Origin: an uncultured Nitrospinota bacterium
Lineage (GTDB): Bacteria > Tectomicrobia > Entotheonellia > J063 > CAVPRW01
NCBI GenBank assembly: GCA_963707985.1
Contig: CAVPRW010000014.1
Span: 1 to 64,000 of the forward strand
Direction: 5' to 3'
Length of the DNA: 64,000 nt
Under the pieces are notes generated by a model, which saw only the letters and a program-made list of their open reading frames with translations, ran no database searches and was not told the origin of the DNA. Every line of letters begins with the position of its first letter. Within the stretch, counting starts at the first letter, position 1. The position numbers and the translations under genes were made by a program. Below are positions 10,079 through 20,451 of the stretch, in pieces.

Positions 10079-11443
10079 ATGGTTCGCCCGCATCACTCAG
10101 ACCATGAGACCGCGGGCGAAACCCACGCGCGGAGAGGAGAGGCAGTGATAAAAGCCAGAAATTGCGGTCGCAGGGGCTTCAGTCCACTCCTGCCGATCGC
10201 CTTGTCGGTCATCTATCTCGCCGTCGGGTGCTCGCGGCAGGAACCACCTCGTTCAGAGGTGGTTCGCCCCGTGAAAACGATGGTCGTGATCGCCGGAGAT
10301 GAAAATCATGTACGCTCCTTCCCTGGAAGGGTTGAAGGGTCGAAAAGCGTCGAGCTCGCCTTCCAGGTACCAGGACTGCTGGTCAGACTGCCGGTCAAGG
10401 AGGGACAAAACGTCGCCAAAAACGAGCTGATCGCCCAGCTGCGGCAGGATGAATTTCAAGCCCGACTGCAGGGTGTGCAAGGCCAACTCGACCAGGCTCG
10501 GACCGCCCTTAGTGCGCTGCGACAGGGGGAACGCCCCGAAGAGCGGATGCGTCGGGAAGCGCAGGTGCGGGCGGCCGAGGCGAGGCTCGCGAACGCCCGC
10601 ACGGAATTTGAGCGCCACGTGCGGCTGATGCGCTCGAATGCCGTCTCGCGCGCCGATTACGAGCGCGCAGAAACCGCCTATCGCGTGGCCCAGGAAGACC
10701 ACAGGGCAGCTCTCCAAGTCCGCGAGCAGGGAACCATTGCCCGTCAGGAGGACATCGAGGGCCAGGAGGCCCAGGTTCGCGTTCTGGAGGGCCGCCTGGT
10801 CGAAGCGAACGTCCAGCTTGAGGATTCCACGCTACGCGCCCCCTACGACGGCGTGATCGCCCGGCGCTTCGTCGAGGAGCGGCAAAACATTCGGGCGAAG
10901 GAGCCAGTGGTACAGTTCCAAGACGTGGAAGAGATCGATATCGCCCTGGACGTGCCGGAGACGATCATGATCGCTGACATGCGCTCGGCCGACATGGTAC
11001 AAATGGTGGCCACGTTCAGCAGCGCGCCTGGACTTGAGTTTCCAGTGCGTATTAAGGAGATTGCGCAAGTCGCAGACCCCATGACACAGACCTTCCAAGT
11101 CCGTGTCGCCATGAAGTCCCCCCCCGGTATGAATGTGCTGCCGGGTATGACGGCCACGGTCAGCCTCACTTACCGTCGTGCCAGGATCCTGGACGAGCGG
11201 ATTCTCGTGCCCATCTCCGCCGTTTTCAAGGACGCTGCGGGCGAACAAGTGGCGTGGATCATCGGACCGGATCAAACCGTCATACGCCGCCCAGTGAAAC
11301 TCGGCGAGGCGACGGGCGGCCAGATCGAAATCGTTGAGGGACTACAACCCGGCGACCGTATCGCTGTGGCGGGGGTGACGTTCCTGCGCGAAGGCATGAA
11401 GGTTCGCGATCTGGGTGGCGCACTCGGAGGTGGCCAGTCATGA
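10079..11443 (+). CDS. RND efflux periplasmic adaptor (MFP); true start probably GTG about 10145
   Basis: Lipoprotein signal LAVGC, ELAFQVPG, coiled-coil hairpin, TLRAPYDG and LPGMTATV motifs. Confidence 0.92.
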   Translation: MVRPHHSDHETAGETHARRGEAVIKARNCGRRGFSPLLPIALSVIYLAVGCSRQEPPRSEVVRPVKTMVVIAGDENHVRSFPGRVEGSKSVELAFQVPGLLVRLPVKEGQNVAKNELIAQLRQDEFQARLQGVQGQLDQARTALSALRQGERPEERMRREAQVRAAEARLANARTEFERHVRLMRSNAVSRADYERAETAYRVAQEDHRAALQVREQGTIARQEDIEGQEAQVRVLEGRLVEANVQLEDSTLRAPYDGVIARRFVEERQNIRAKEPVVQFQDVEEIDIALDVPETIMIADMRSADMVQMVATFSSAPGLEFPVRIKEIAQVADPMTQTFQVRVAMKSPPGMNVLPGMTATVSLTYRRARILDERILVPISAVFKDAAGEQVAWIIGPDQTVIRRPVKLGEATGGQIEIVEGLQPGDRIAVAGVTFLREGMKVRDLGGALGGGQS

Positions 11444-14400
11444 GTCCCGGCGAATTCTCCGTCCGCAATAACCGTGTTGTTTACGTGGCCATGCTCTTCG
11501 TCCTCGTCGGCGGGATCGTCGCATATCAACAGATGGGTCGGCTCGAGGATCCGGAGTTTACCATTAAGGAAGCGCTGATCATCACGCCATACCCTGGGGC
11601 CAGCGCCGAAGAGGTCGCCAAAGAAGTCACCAACCCGATCGAAAGCGCCCTGCAGCAGCTCGGACAGCTCAAGCGGGTCGATTCGGAGTCCTCGCGCGGC
11701 ATGTCAGTGGTCACCGCCGTCATCAAGGATCGGTTCCATAAAGAGGCGATCCCCCAGGTGTGGGACGAGCTGCGTCGCAAGATTGGAGATGTCCAACCGC
11801 AGCTGCCGCCCTCAGTACGCGGCAGGTCGATGGTGCTCGACGATTTTGGCGATGTCTACGGCATCTTCCTGGCCATTACCGGCGACGGCTATTCGGTCTC
11901 CGAGCTGCGCCGCTATGCCGAGTTCCTGCGTCGCGAGCTGCTGTTAGCGCCGAACGTCAAGAAAGTCGAGTTCTTCGCCGCCCAGCGGGAAGTCGTGTTC
12001 CTGGAAATCTCTCGGCAACGCTTGGCCCAGCTCGGCATCAACGAGGAGCAAATTTACAGCCACCTGCAGGCGAGGAACGTTGCCGCCGACGGCGGGCGCG
12101 TGCGCGTCGGAGATCAGCACATCGCGCTCGATCCGCAAGGCGGTTTCCGCTCGGCCGATGACATGCTGGATCTCGTGATTGGATCCGACCAGACGGGCCG
12201 CCAGCTCTTCCTCAGGGACGTTGCCTCGCTGCAGCGCGACGATCAGGACCCGCCGCGCCGTTTGCTGCGGTACGATGGCAAGCCGGCGATCGGCCTGGGG
12301 ATTTCCACCGTGCAGGGGGGCAACGTGGTGACGATGGGCGAGGGCGTACGGCGAACGCTCGAGGGGCTCAAACCCTACCAGCCGCTCGGTATCGAAATCG
12401 GCGAGATCAACTTCCAGCCCGATGCGGTCACCGCGGCCACCAGCGAGTTCGTCTTTAATCTGGGCAAGGCGGTCAGCATCGTCTTCGTGGTGCTCCTGTT
12501 TGCCATGGGTCGCAAGACCGGGCTGATTATCGGCATGGTGCTATTCCTGACGATTATGGCGACGTTCCTCGTCATGTATATGAAGGGTGACCTCCTGCTG
12601 GAGCGCATCTCCTTGGGGGCGCTCATCATTGCTTTGTGCATGCTCACGGATAATGCGATCATCGTCATCGAGGGGATTAAGGTCGGTATCGAAGCCGGCG
12701 AGGACAAGCTCAAGGTGGTCCGCGAGGTCGTCGGGGAAAATCAGTGGCCGCTCTTCGGAGCGACGGCCATCGGCGTCATCGCCTTCGCGGCGATCGGTCT
12801 GTCGGAAGACAGCACCGGGGAGTATACCAACTCGCTCTTCTGGGTCATCCTGATTTCCCTGAGCCTGAGTTGGATTTCGTCGGTCACCGTCACGCCGCTC
12901 CTGAGTTACCTGTTCTTCAAACCGATCGTTAGTGGGGCATCCGGCAACAGTGATCCATACAGCGGCCTGCCGTTTCGGCTTTACCGGCGGTTGCTGGTTC
13001 TGGCGCTCCGCTTCCGGTGGGCGGTGGTGGTCCTTTCCATTGGAGCATTCGCCGCGGCGTTGTACGGCTTCACCAAGGTCGATCAGAGCTTTTTCCCGCC
13101 AGCGACCCGGCCGCAATTCATGGTGGATACCTTTCTGCCATCCGCCACCCACATCCGCGACTCGGAGGCGTTCGCCAGCGACGTCCAGCGCTACATCCAG
13201 GCTCTGCCCGGCGTCACCCATGTCACGTCATTCATCGGCGGCGGCGGTCTGCGCTTCATGCTCGTCTACAGTCCGGAAGGGGAGAACCGAGCCTTCGTGC
13301 AGTTCCTGGTCGATGTCGATGATTGGAGGAAGATCGACGGATTGCTGGCCGACATCCAGAGGCATTTGGACGAGCGGCACCCGAACGCCAACTCCATCGC
13401 TGAAAAGTTTCTCCTGGGCCCGGGCGCGGGCGGGCGCATTCAGGCGCGGTTCCGAGGCCCCGATCCCGCACAACTGCGCGCACTCGCCGATCAGGCGAAG
13501 CGAGTTCTCGTAGACGACGGCGGGACGGTGGCCGTGCGCAGCGACTGGCGTGAGCGTGAAAAAGTCATCCGTCCCGACCTGCTCGAGCTCCAGGCACGCC
13601 GCAACGGCATCACGCGCGCTGAGGTGGCTCAGGCTCTGGAAAGCAGCTTTGAAGGGCGTGTGGTCGGCTTCTACCGCGAGCCTGGCAGTGTGGGCACGGG
13701 AGTTTATCCGCAGGAGACGCGGATGCTGCCAATCATCGCCCGCCCGCCCCTGGCCGAGCGCGAGGACGTCTCGGCGATCAACAGCCTGCAGATCTGGAGC
13801 CCGGTTGCCGGGCGGATGATCCCCATGAATCAGGTCACTTCCGGCGCCGAGGTCGTCTGGGAAGACCCGATCGTGATGCGCCGCGATCGCTTCCCGACGC
13901 TCACCGTCCACGCCGATCCGCGGTCCGGTCTGCCCAGCCAGTTGTTCGACCGGGTGCGCTCGAAGATCGAGCAGATCGAGCTGCCTCCAGGCTATGCGCT
14001 CGAATGGGGGGGCGAGTATGAGGATTCCCGCGCCGCCCGCGCCGCCCTGGCTCAGCCACTCCCCTATGTGCTGGCGCTCATGGTGTTCATCGTCGTATGT
14101 CTATTCAATTCGATCCGCACCACGGTCCTGATTTGGCTGATCATGCCGCTGATGATCATCGGCGTGACAACAGGGCTGCTACTCACGGGCATGCCGTTCG
14201 GGTTTATGGCCCTTTTGGGCGTGCTCGCCGTGGGTGGCGAGCTGATCAAGACCCAGATCGTGGTCCTAAGCAAAGTCCTGACCGAGAGCGACAAGGGGAA
14301 GACACCCTATCAAGCGATCCTGGAGGGGGGCATCAGCAAGATGCGACCGGTGTGTATGGTCGTGTTGACCACTGTCCTCGGGATGATCCCCCTGCTGGTG

Positions 14401-14577
14401 GACCCGTTCTTCGGGGCGATGGCGGTGTGCATCATGTTCGGACTGACGTGCGCCGCTATCCTGGCGTTGATACTGACGCCGGTGCTGTATGCCATCTTCT
14501 TTCGCATCCATGATCCGGCTGTCTCGACGTCGAGAGCGCACCCGATGCACAGACCCGTGGAAGTGAAGGGAACGTAG
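11440..14577 (+). CDS. RND efflux permease (AcrB/AcrD/AcrF family)
   Basis: 1045 aa; YPGASAEEV..EVTNPIE, DNAIIVIE and RPVCMVVLTTVLGMIPL motifs. ATGA overlap with the MFP gene. Confidence 0.95.
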   Translation: MSPGEFSVRNNRVVYVAMLFVLVGGIVAYQQMGRLEDPEFTIKEALIITPYPGASAEEVAKEVTNPIESALQQLGQLKRVDSESSRGMSVVTAVIKDRFHKEAIPQVWDELRRKIGDVQPQLPPSVRGRSMVLDDFGDVYGIFLAITGDGYSVSELRRYAEFLRRELLLAPNVKKVEFFAAQREVVFLEISRQRLAQLGINEEQIYSHLQARNVAADGGRVRVGDQHIALDPQGGFRSADDMLDLVIGSDQTGRQLFLRDVASLQRDDQDPPRRLLRYDGKPAIGLGISTVQGGNVVTMGEGVRRTLEGLKPYQPLGIEIGEINFQPDAVTAATSEFVFNLGKAVSIVFVVLLFAMGRKTGLIIGMVLFLTIMATFLVMYMKGDLLLERISLGALIIALCMLTDNAIIVIEGIKVGIEAGEDKLKVVREVVGENQWPLFGATAIGVIAFAAIGLSEDSTGEYTNSLFWVILISLSLSWISSVTVTPLLSYLFFKPIVSGASGNSDPYSGLPFRLYRRLLVLALRFRWAVVVLSIGAFAAALYGFTKVDQSFFPPATRPQFMVDTFLPSATHIRDSEAFASDVQRYIQALPGVTHVTSFIGGGGLRFMLVYSPEGENRAFVQFLVDVDDWRKIDGLLADIQRHLDERHPNANSIAEKFLLGPGAGGRIQARFRGPDPAQLRALADQAKRVLVDDGGTVAVRSDWREREKVIRPDLLELQARRNGITRAEVAQALESSFEGRVVGFYREPGSVGTGVYPQETRMLPIIARPPLAEREDVSAINSLQIWSPVAGRMIPMNQVTSGAEVVWEDPIVMRRDRFPTLTVHADPRSGLPSQLFDRVRSKIEQIELPPGYALEWGGEYEDSRAARAALAQPLPYVLALMVFIVVCLFNSIRTTVLIWLIMPLMIIGVTTGLLLTGMPFGFMALLGVLAVGGELIKTQIVVLSKVLTESDKGKTPYQAILEGGISKMRPVCMVVLTTVLGMIPLLVDPFFGAMAVCIMFGLTCAAILALILTPVLYAIFFRIHDPAVSTSRAHPMHRPVEVKGT

Positions 14578-14795
14578 CTCTTGTGGCTCAAGAGAACCCT
14601 CCTGTCTGAGCTGAAACGGCGCTACCTCCAAGCCTGCCTCAGGGGGGCCGTGGAGGCTGCCTGTCCCCGAGCGTACCGGGCACCATCAGTTTCCGGCGGA
14701 GGTGCAGCAGTTCTTGCCTGAGCAGCTGCGTAACATCCGGGATGAGGCTTACCTCTACCGGCGTAAGTTCAACGTTGCCGCAAAGGAGTAAACAG

Positions 14796-17546
14796 ATGAA
14801 CACAGCGGTGAACGTGACGCCCCAGAGCAGGGGTACGGCTTGGCATGCCATGGCCACCGAGGAGGTGCTGCGGCGGCTCGACAGCACCGTCCAGTCGGGC
14901 CTTGAGGCCGACGAGGTCCCGCGCCGCCTCGAGCAGTACGGCAGCAACAAGCTGCCGGAAGGGCGCAAGCAGGGACCATTCATGCGGTTCCTCATGCAGC
15001 TGAACAACGTCCTGGTGTATGTGCTGCTTGGCGCCGGCTTCGTCAAGCTGATGGTCGGCCTCTGGCTCGACGCGGCGATCATTCTGGGTGTGGTGCTTAT
15101 CAACGCGTTGCTCGGTTTCATTCAGGAAGGGAAAGCGGAGAAGGCCCTGGACTCGATCCGCAACATGCTGTCCGGAGAGGCCAGGACCGTGCGCGGCGGG
15201 CAGACTCGCCTGATCCCAGCGGAGGAGCTGGTCCCCGGCGACATCGTGCTGCTCGAGTCCGGCGACCGGATCCCCGCGGACCTTCGCCTGATCGACGTGA
15301 AGAATTTACGAACGGAAGAGGCAGCGCTCACCGGCGAGTCGGTGCCCATCGACAAGACCACGGACCCGGTGTCCGAGAAGGCCACCGTCGGCGATCGAGA
15401 GGGCATGGCCTTCTCCGGAACGCTGGTCGCCTCTGGGCGTGGCACGGGGGTGGTCGTCGGGACGGGAGCCGAGACGGAATTGGGCCGCATCAACCAGATG
15501 ATCGCCGCGGTCAGTCCACTCGAGACCCCGCTGCTGCGTCAGATCAAGAAGTTCGGCTACGCGATCACCGCCGTCATCGGGGTGGTGAGTGTGATCGTGT
15601 TCATGTTCGGCAGATGGGTGCGGGAGATGCCTTTCGTTGACATCTTCCAGGCGGTCGTCAGCATCGCGGTCTCAGTCATTCCGGAGGGGTTGCCGGCGCT
15701 CATCACCGTCACGTTGGCAATCGGCGTCCAGCGCATGGCCCAACGTCACGCTATCATCCGGCGCCTTCCAGCCGTCGAAACCCTCGGCTCGGTGTCCCGA
15801 ATATGCTCCGACAAGACCGGCACGCTCACCCTCATGGAGATGATGGTCGTCTCGGCCGTCACCGCTGAATCAGCTTCCCAAGTGACCGGGCAAGGCTATG
15901 CCGCGGAGGGCCAGATCTTGAAGGACGGGAAGCCCGCCGGCGACGATCCGGTGCTGACGCTCATGGGCCGCGTCTCGATGCTATGCAACGATGCGGAGCT
16001 GTTACAGCAGGAGGGAGTCTGGAAGGTGGAGGGCGATCCGACCGAGGGGGCGCTGTATCCGTTCGCCACCAAACTCGGGCTGGAACGGCAAGTCGAACAA
16101 GCGGCGTATCCCCGGATCGACGTCATCCCCTTTGAATCGGAACACAAATTCATGGCTACGCTGCACAAGGACGCAGCCGGCAAGGAGGTGCTGCTGGTCA
16201 AGGGCGCCCCGGAAGTCATCCTCGACCATTGCGATCGGCAGCAGACCGGGAGCGGAGAGCACATGCCGATCGCGCGCGACCATTTCATGATGGAATCGGA
16301 CCGGCTTGCAGCGCAAGGGGAGCGCGTGCTGGGCCTGGCATGGCTGGAGAACCCGGGCGTCCGAGCGGGGACTCTTAGTGCGGCGGATCTACCAAAGAAC
16401 CTGGTACTGCTCGGTCTGATCGGTCTCTTGGATCCGCCGCGCGAGGAGGCCATCGAGGCCGTGAAGGAGTGTCACGACGGCGGTATCCGGGTGACGATGA
16501 TCACCGGCGATCACAAGATCACCGCCGCGGCGATCGCCAAGATGCTGGGCATTGGTGATGGCAGGACCGCGATCACAGGAGCCGAGATCGAAGACATGGA
16601 TACCGCCACGTTGCAAGAGTCCGTGCGCGACGTCGACGTGTTTGCGCGCGCCAGCCCCGAGCACAAGATTCGGCTCGTGGATGCGATCCAGGCGAACAAG
16701 CAGATCGTGGCGATGACCGGCGATGGGGTGAACGACGCGCCGGCGCTCAAGAAAGCCGATATTGGCGTCGCCATGGGAATCAAGGGCACGGAGGTGACGA
16801 AGGAGGCGGCTGAGATGGTGCTCGCCGACGACAACTTCGCCTCGATCACGGCAGCTGTCAAGGAAGGGCGTACGGTCTACAACAACATCGAGAAGGCCAT
16901 GCTCTTCATGCTGCCGACGAACGTCGCGCAGGCGCTCGTCATCATGGCGGCTATTTTCGTGGGCTTCACCGCGCCGATCACGGCGCCGCAGATCCTCTGG
17001 GTCAACATGGTGACGTCCGTCGCGCTCGGGCTGGTGCTCTCCTTCGAGCCGCACGAGCTCGATGTCATGCAGTTGCCGCCGCGCGCGGTCTATCGTCCAA
17101 TCGTCGACAGCTTCGGGGTCTGGCGCGTCATCTTCGTCGGTCTGGCGCTGCTCGCGCTCACCTTGTCGGCGTTCTTCGGGATGCAATCCCAGGGCGCGTC
17201 CGACGCGCTCGCCCGAACGGTCGCGGTGAACGCGCTGGTGATCGGCCAGATCTTCTATCTGCTCAATAGCCGCTACAAGGTGGATTCATCGCTGTCCCTC
17301 AAGGCGCACCTCGGCAACAAGTCCTTGCCGCTTGGCATCGGCGCCGTCGTGATCTTGCAGCTCCTGTTCACCTATGCGCCGCCGCTCCAGGTGCTGTTCG
17401 AGACCGAAGCCATCCCGCTCCGGGTCTGGCCTTGGCTCCTGCTCGGGGGCTTCCTGTTCTTCCTGGTCGTGGAGGCGGAGAAGCTGATCATTCGCACCGT
17501 GGGTCCCTTGCGAAGTGCCGTCACCGCGGTGGAAGCTGGGTCCTGA
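14796..17546 (+). CDS. Cation-transporting P-type ATPase (type IIA-like)
   Basis: LTGES, IPEGL, DKTGT, KGAPE and TGDGVNDAPALK motifs; RBS AAAGGAG. Confidence 0.95.
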   Translation: MNTAVNVTPQSRGTAWHAMATEEVLRRLDSTVQSGLEADEVPRRLEQYGSNKLPEGRKQGPFMRFLMQLNNVLVYVLLGAGFVKLMVGLWLDAAIILGVVLINALLGFIQEGKAEKALDSIRNMLSGEARTVRGGQTRLIPAEELVPGDIVLLESGDRIPADLRLIDVKNLRTEEAALTGESVPIDKTTDPVSEKATVGDREGMAFSGTLVASGRGTGVVVGTGAETELGRINQMIAAVSPLETPLLRQIKKFGYAITAVIGVVSVIVFMFGRWVREMPFVDIFQAVVSIAVSVIPEGLPALITVTLAIGVQRMAQRHAIIRRLPAVETLGSVSRICSDKTGTLTLMEMMVVSAVTAESASQVTGQGYAAEGQILKDGKPAGDDPVLTLMGRVSMLCNDAELLQQEGVWKVEGDPTEGALYPFATKLGLERQVEQAAYPRIDVIPFESEHKFMATLHKDAAGKEVLLVKGAPEVILDHCDRQQTGSGEHMPIARDHFMMESDRLAAQGERVLGLAWLENPGVRAGTLSAADLPKNLVLLGLIGLLDPPREEAIEAVKECHDGGIRVTMITGDHKITAAAIAKMLGIGDGRTAITGAEIEDMDTATLQESVRDVDVFARASPEHKIRLVDAIQANKQIVAMTGDGVNDAPALKKADIGVAMGIKGTEVTKEAAEMVLADDNFASITAAVKEGRTVYNNIEKAMLFMLPTNVAQALVIMAAIFVGFTAPITAPQILWVNMVTSVALGLVLSFEPHELDVMQLPPRAVYRPIVDSFGVWRVIFVGLALLALTLSAFFGMQSQGASDALARTVAVNALVIGQIFYLLNSRYKVDSSLSLKAHLGNKSLPLGIGAVVILQLLFTYAPPLQVLFETEAIPLRVWPWLLLGGFLFFLVVEAEKLIIRTVGPLRSAVTAVEAGS

Positions 17547-17663
17547 ACGACGCGGGCGATGCGTCCTGTCGTGCACGGCCCCTGTCGCGGCTAAAGCGAG
17601 TGCGTAAAGCATGCTGAGACGTTGGGAGCGCATCCTCGCCCCGGCGTGATCAGCGAAGGAGAG

Positions 17664-18467
17664 ATGAAACCGATGGCGACCACCGACGAGCCGATGAAGC
17701 GGCAGGAATACCAGAAGGCGCTGCGCGAGCTGCAGGTCGAGCTGTGCGCGCTACAGGATTGGGTCAAGGAACACGGGGAGCGGGTGGTCGTGGTCTTCGA
17801 GGGACGCGACGCCGCGGGCAAGGGCGGCACGATCCAGGCCATCACCGACCGCGTCAGCCCCCGCGTCTTCCGCGTGGTGGCGCTGCCAGCGCCGTCCGAC
17901 CGCCAGAAGTCACAGCTGTATCTGCAGCGCTACCTAGAGCACTTCCCGGCGGCAGGCGAGGTCGTGATCTTCGACCGCAGCTGGTACAACCGGGCGGGCA
18001 TCGAGTACGTGATGGGCTTCTGCACGCAAGAGCAGCACCGGCGCTTCCTCAAGGTTTGCCCTGAGTTCGAGATGTACGTCGTGGACGACGGCATCCGGCT
18101 GATTAAGTACTGGCTCGAGGTGAGCGAGCCGGAGCAGAAACGCCGCTTCAACGCCCGCATCACAGATCCACTACGCCAATGGAAGCTGAGCCCGACGGAC
18201 CTGTGCTCGCGGAGCCGATGGTTCGAGTACTCGCAGGCGCGCGACATGATGCTCGAGGCCACGGACACGGAGTATGCGCCCTGGTACATCGTCCCCTCGG
18301 ACGACAAGCGGCGCGCGCGCCTCAACTGCATCAGTCACCTGCTGGGCCTCATCCCCTACAAGAAGGTGCCGCGCAAGAAGGTGAAGCTCCCAGCGCGCTC
18401 GAAGACGGGCGCCTATGACGACCAGGCGCCGCTCAAGAGTAAGCGGTTCGTGCCCGCGAGGTACTAG
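17664..18467 (+). CDS. ppk2: Polyphosphate kinase 2
   Basis: FEGRDAAGKGG Walker A, FDRSWYNRAG and SDDKRRARLNCI motifs. Confidence 0.95.
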   Translation: MKPMATTDEPMKRQEYQKALRELQVELCALQDWVKEHGERVVVVFEGRDAAGKGGTIQAITDRVSPRVFRVVALPAPSDRQKSQLYLQRYLEHFPAAGEVVIFDRSWYNRAGIEYVMGFCTQEQHRRFLKVCPEFEMYVVDDGIRLIKYWLEVSEPEQKRRFNARITDPLRQWKLSPTDLCSRSRWFEYSQARDMMLEATDTEYAPWYIVPSDDKRRARLNCISHLLGLIPYKKVPRKKVKLPARSKTGAYDDQAPLKSKRFVPARY

Positions 18468-18816
18468 CAGGGTGCTGAAAAATGCCGAAATGCCGTTCAT
18501 CCTTCGACAAAGCTCATGGGCTGAAATCATTGGAGAATGTCCGTTCGTGCTGAGGCTCTGCTCGCCGCACCGTTGGGGTGAGGACGGCTTGGGCGGGTGC
18601 AGGCAGCGAACGATTACACCACACGAAGCCGCGCCCTTACACAGTTTTTCCCCGACTCGTTCTCATTCGCCACGGGGTCTACAGGGTTTCGACGGACGCG
18701 GGTCGCGCCGATGATCGGACTTCGAGCGGGCCTATCGCAGGGTGCGGCTGCTATGCTTTGATTGACCGGGGCCATGCCGAGCTCGCCCTGCGCGCGGACG
18801 AGCCGGCACGCCGTGC

Positions 18817-20070
18817 GTGAACACCTGGTCCGGGACCCCGATGCGCGCAGGGAGACGATCGATGGGCAGGCTCGCGCGCGGGCTCGTACTGGCCGGTCTT
18901 GCCGTAGCGCTGGCGGGATGCGGCACGCTGCCCCGCAACCCCGTGCCCCCTGAGCTGACGCCGGTGGCGTCGATCCCGGGCCTGCCGGAGATGCGGGCCT
19001 GGGCCGGCCGGCCGAGCGCGGTGATGGAAGGCGATTTCGAGCGGTCCTTCCAGCAGGAATCGCCCGCGGACTTCCCGCGCGGCGCCGACGGTGTCGTGCG
19101 CTATCCGCATCTCGCGCTGTCCGGCGGCGGCGCGAACGGCGCGTTCGGCGCGGGGTTCCTCGCCGGCTGGTCGGCGACCGGGCGCCGCCCGGTCTTCAAG
19201 ATGGTCACGGGCGTGTCGACCGGGGCGCTCATGGCGCCGTTCGCTTTCCTCGGGCCGCCGTACGACGCCGCGCTGCACGAGTTCTACACGACGACGGCGA
19301 CGCGCGACATCTTCGCTATGCGATCGATCCTGATCTCGCTCCTGCGCGGCGATTCGCTCGCCGACACCGGGCCGCTCGCGGCCCTGATCGCGCGGCACGT
19401 CGACGTCGAGTTCCTGCGTCAGGTCGCCGACGCGCACCATCGCGGCCGGCGGCTCTACATCGGCACCGTGGACCTCGATGCCCAGCAGTTCGTCGTGTGG
19501 AACGCCGGGCTGATCGCCGCGAGCGGCGGTCCGGACGCACTGGATCTCTTTCGCAAGGTCATGCTGGCGTCCGCGTCCATCCCAATCGCCTTTCCGCCGG
19601 TGTTCTTCGAGGTCGAGGCGGACGGGCGGCGCTACGACGAGATGCACGTCGACGGCGCCGTCGCGGCGACCGTCTTCCTGAACGCCGGCGTGTTCAGACC
19701 CTCGCGTCTGCACGAGCGGGCGGGACGCGGTGTCGCCCGCGAGGACATCTTTGTGATCCACAACGGTAAACTGAGCGAAGCCCCGAGCCCGACGCCGCGG
19801 TCCCTGCGCGGGATCGCTTGGCGGGTCATCGAGGCTTCCGTCCGGGCGGGGGTGGTCGGGGATCTCATTCGCATCTATGCGTTCGCGCAGCGCGATCAGG
19901 CGAGCTTTCACTGGGTGACGATCGACGAGCGCGTCGACCTCACAGGGGCCGAGGTCTTCGATCCGGTGAAGATGGGCGAGCTCTACGCGATCGGTGATCA
20001 GACCGCCCGCGCCGGTCCCGAGTGGGAGGTCCGTCCTCCCGGATTTCAGGACGTGCAGCCTCCGCCCTGA
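18817..20070 (+). CDS. Patatin-like phospholipase lipoprotein (start may be 18841 or 18862)
   Basis: LAGC lipobox; LALSGGGANGAFGAG, GVSTG (GxSxG) and HVDG motifs. Confidence 0.9.
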   Translation: MNTWSGTPMRAGRRSMGRLARGLVLAGLAVALAGCGTLPRNPVPPELTPVASIPGLPEMRAWAGRPSAVMEGDFERSFQQESPADFPRGADGVVRYPHLALSGGGANGAFGAGFLAGWSATGRRPVFKMVTGVSTGALMAPFAFLGPPYDAALHEFYTTTATRDIFAMRSILISLLRGDSLADTGPLAALIARHVDVEFLRQVADAHHRGRRLYIGTVDLDAQQFVVWNAGLIAASGGPDALDLFRKVMLASASIPIAFPPVFFEVEADGRRYDEMHVDGAVAATVFLNAGVFRPSRLHERAGRGVAREDIFVIHNGKLSEAPSPTPRSLRGIAWRVIEASVRAGVVGDLIRIYAFAQRDQASFHWVTIDERVDLTGAEVFDPVKMGELYAIGDQTARAGPEWEVRPPGFQDVQPPP

Positions 20071-20123
20071 AGGGGGCGGACGCGAGCCGCGGCGCACCCC
20101 GATTCGGTACCTTGCGACGCTGA

Positions 20124-20345
20124 TTGTTCAAGAAGGCACGGAGACGGGCGCACTTGCCCCCGCAAAGGTTCCACCACCTCCGTCACGCCGCGGTGCGCCT
20201 GTGGCTCGCTCCGGGGGTCACCCCGCGCGTGGTCAGGGAGAGCCTCCGGCACTCGCCGATCTCCCAGACGCTGAACACGTACTGCCCTGTCATGCCGGAG
20301 CTTCAGCACGACGCGGCCAAGCTGATGAACGCTCTGCTGACGAAG
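20124..20345 (+). pseudogene. C-terminal remnant of a tyrosine integrase
   Basis: RFHHLRH...GVTPRVVRESLRHSPISQTLNTY resembles the degenerate HxLRH...LGH...TL.xY boxes. Confidence 0.7.
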
Positions 20346-20451
20346 CACGAGGCCTCGGGAACCGTGCTGTCGGTGGAGCAGGAGGTCGGTGATGGGCACA
20401 TCGAGGATGTTCAAAAGCGCACGTATCAATCCGACCTTGGAGACCTGAGGC

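Noticed and set aside
18464..18560. IS-end-like and REP-like fragments after ppk2
   Set aside because: Too degenerate; no partner end or target duplication found.
18751..20097. Long minus-strand ORF (also 32915-34366 and many others)
   Set aside because: Antisense shadows of well-supported genes in GC-rich DNA.
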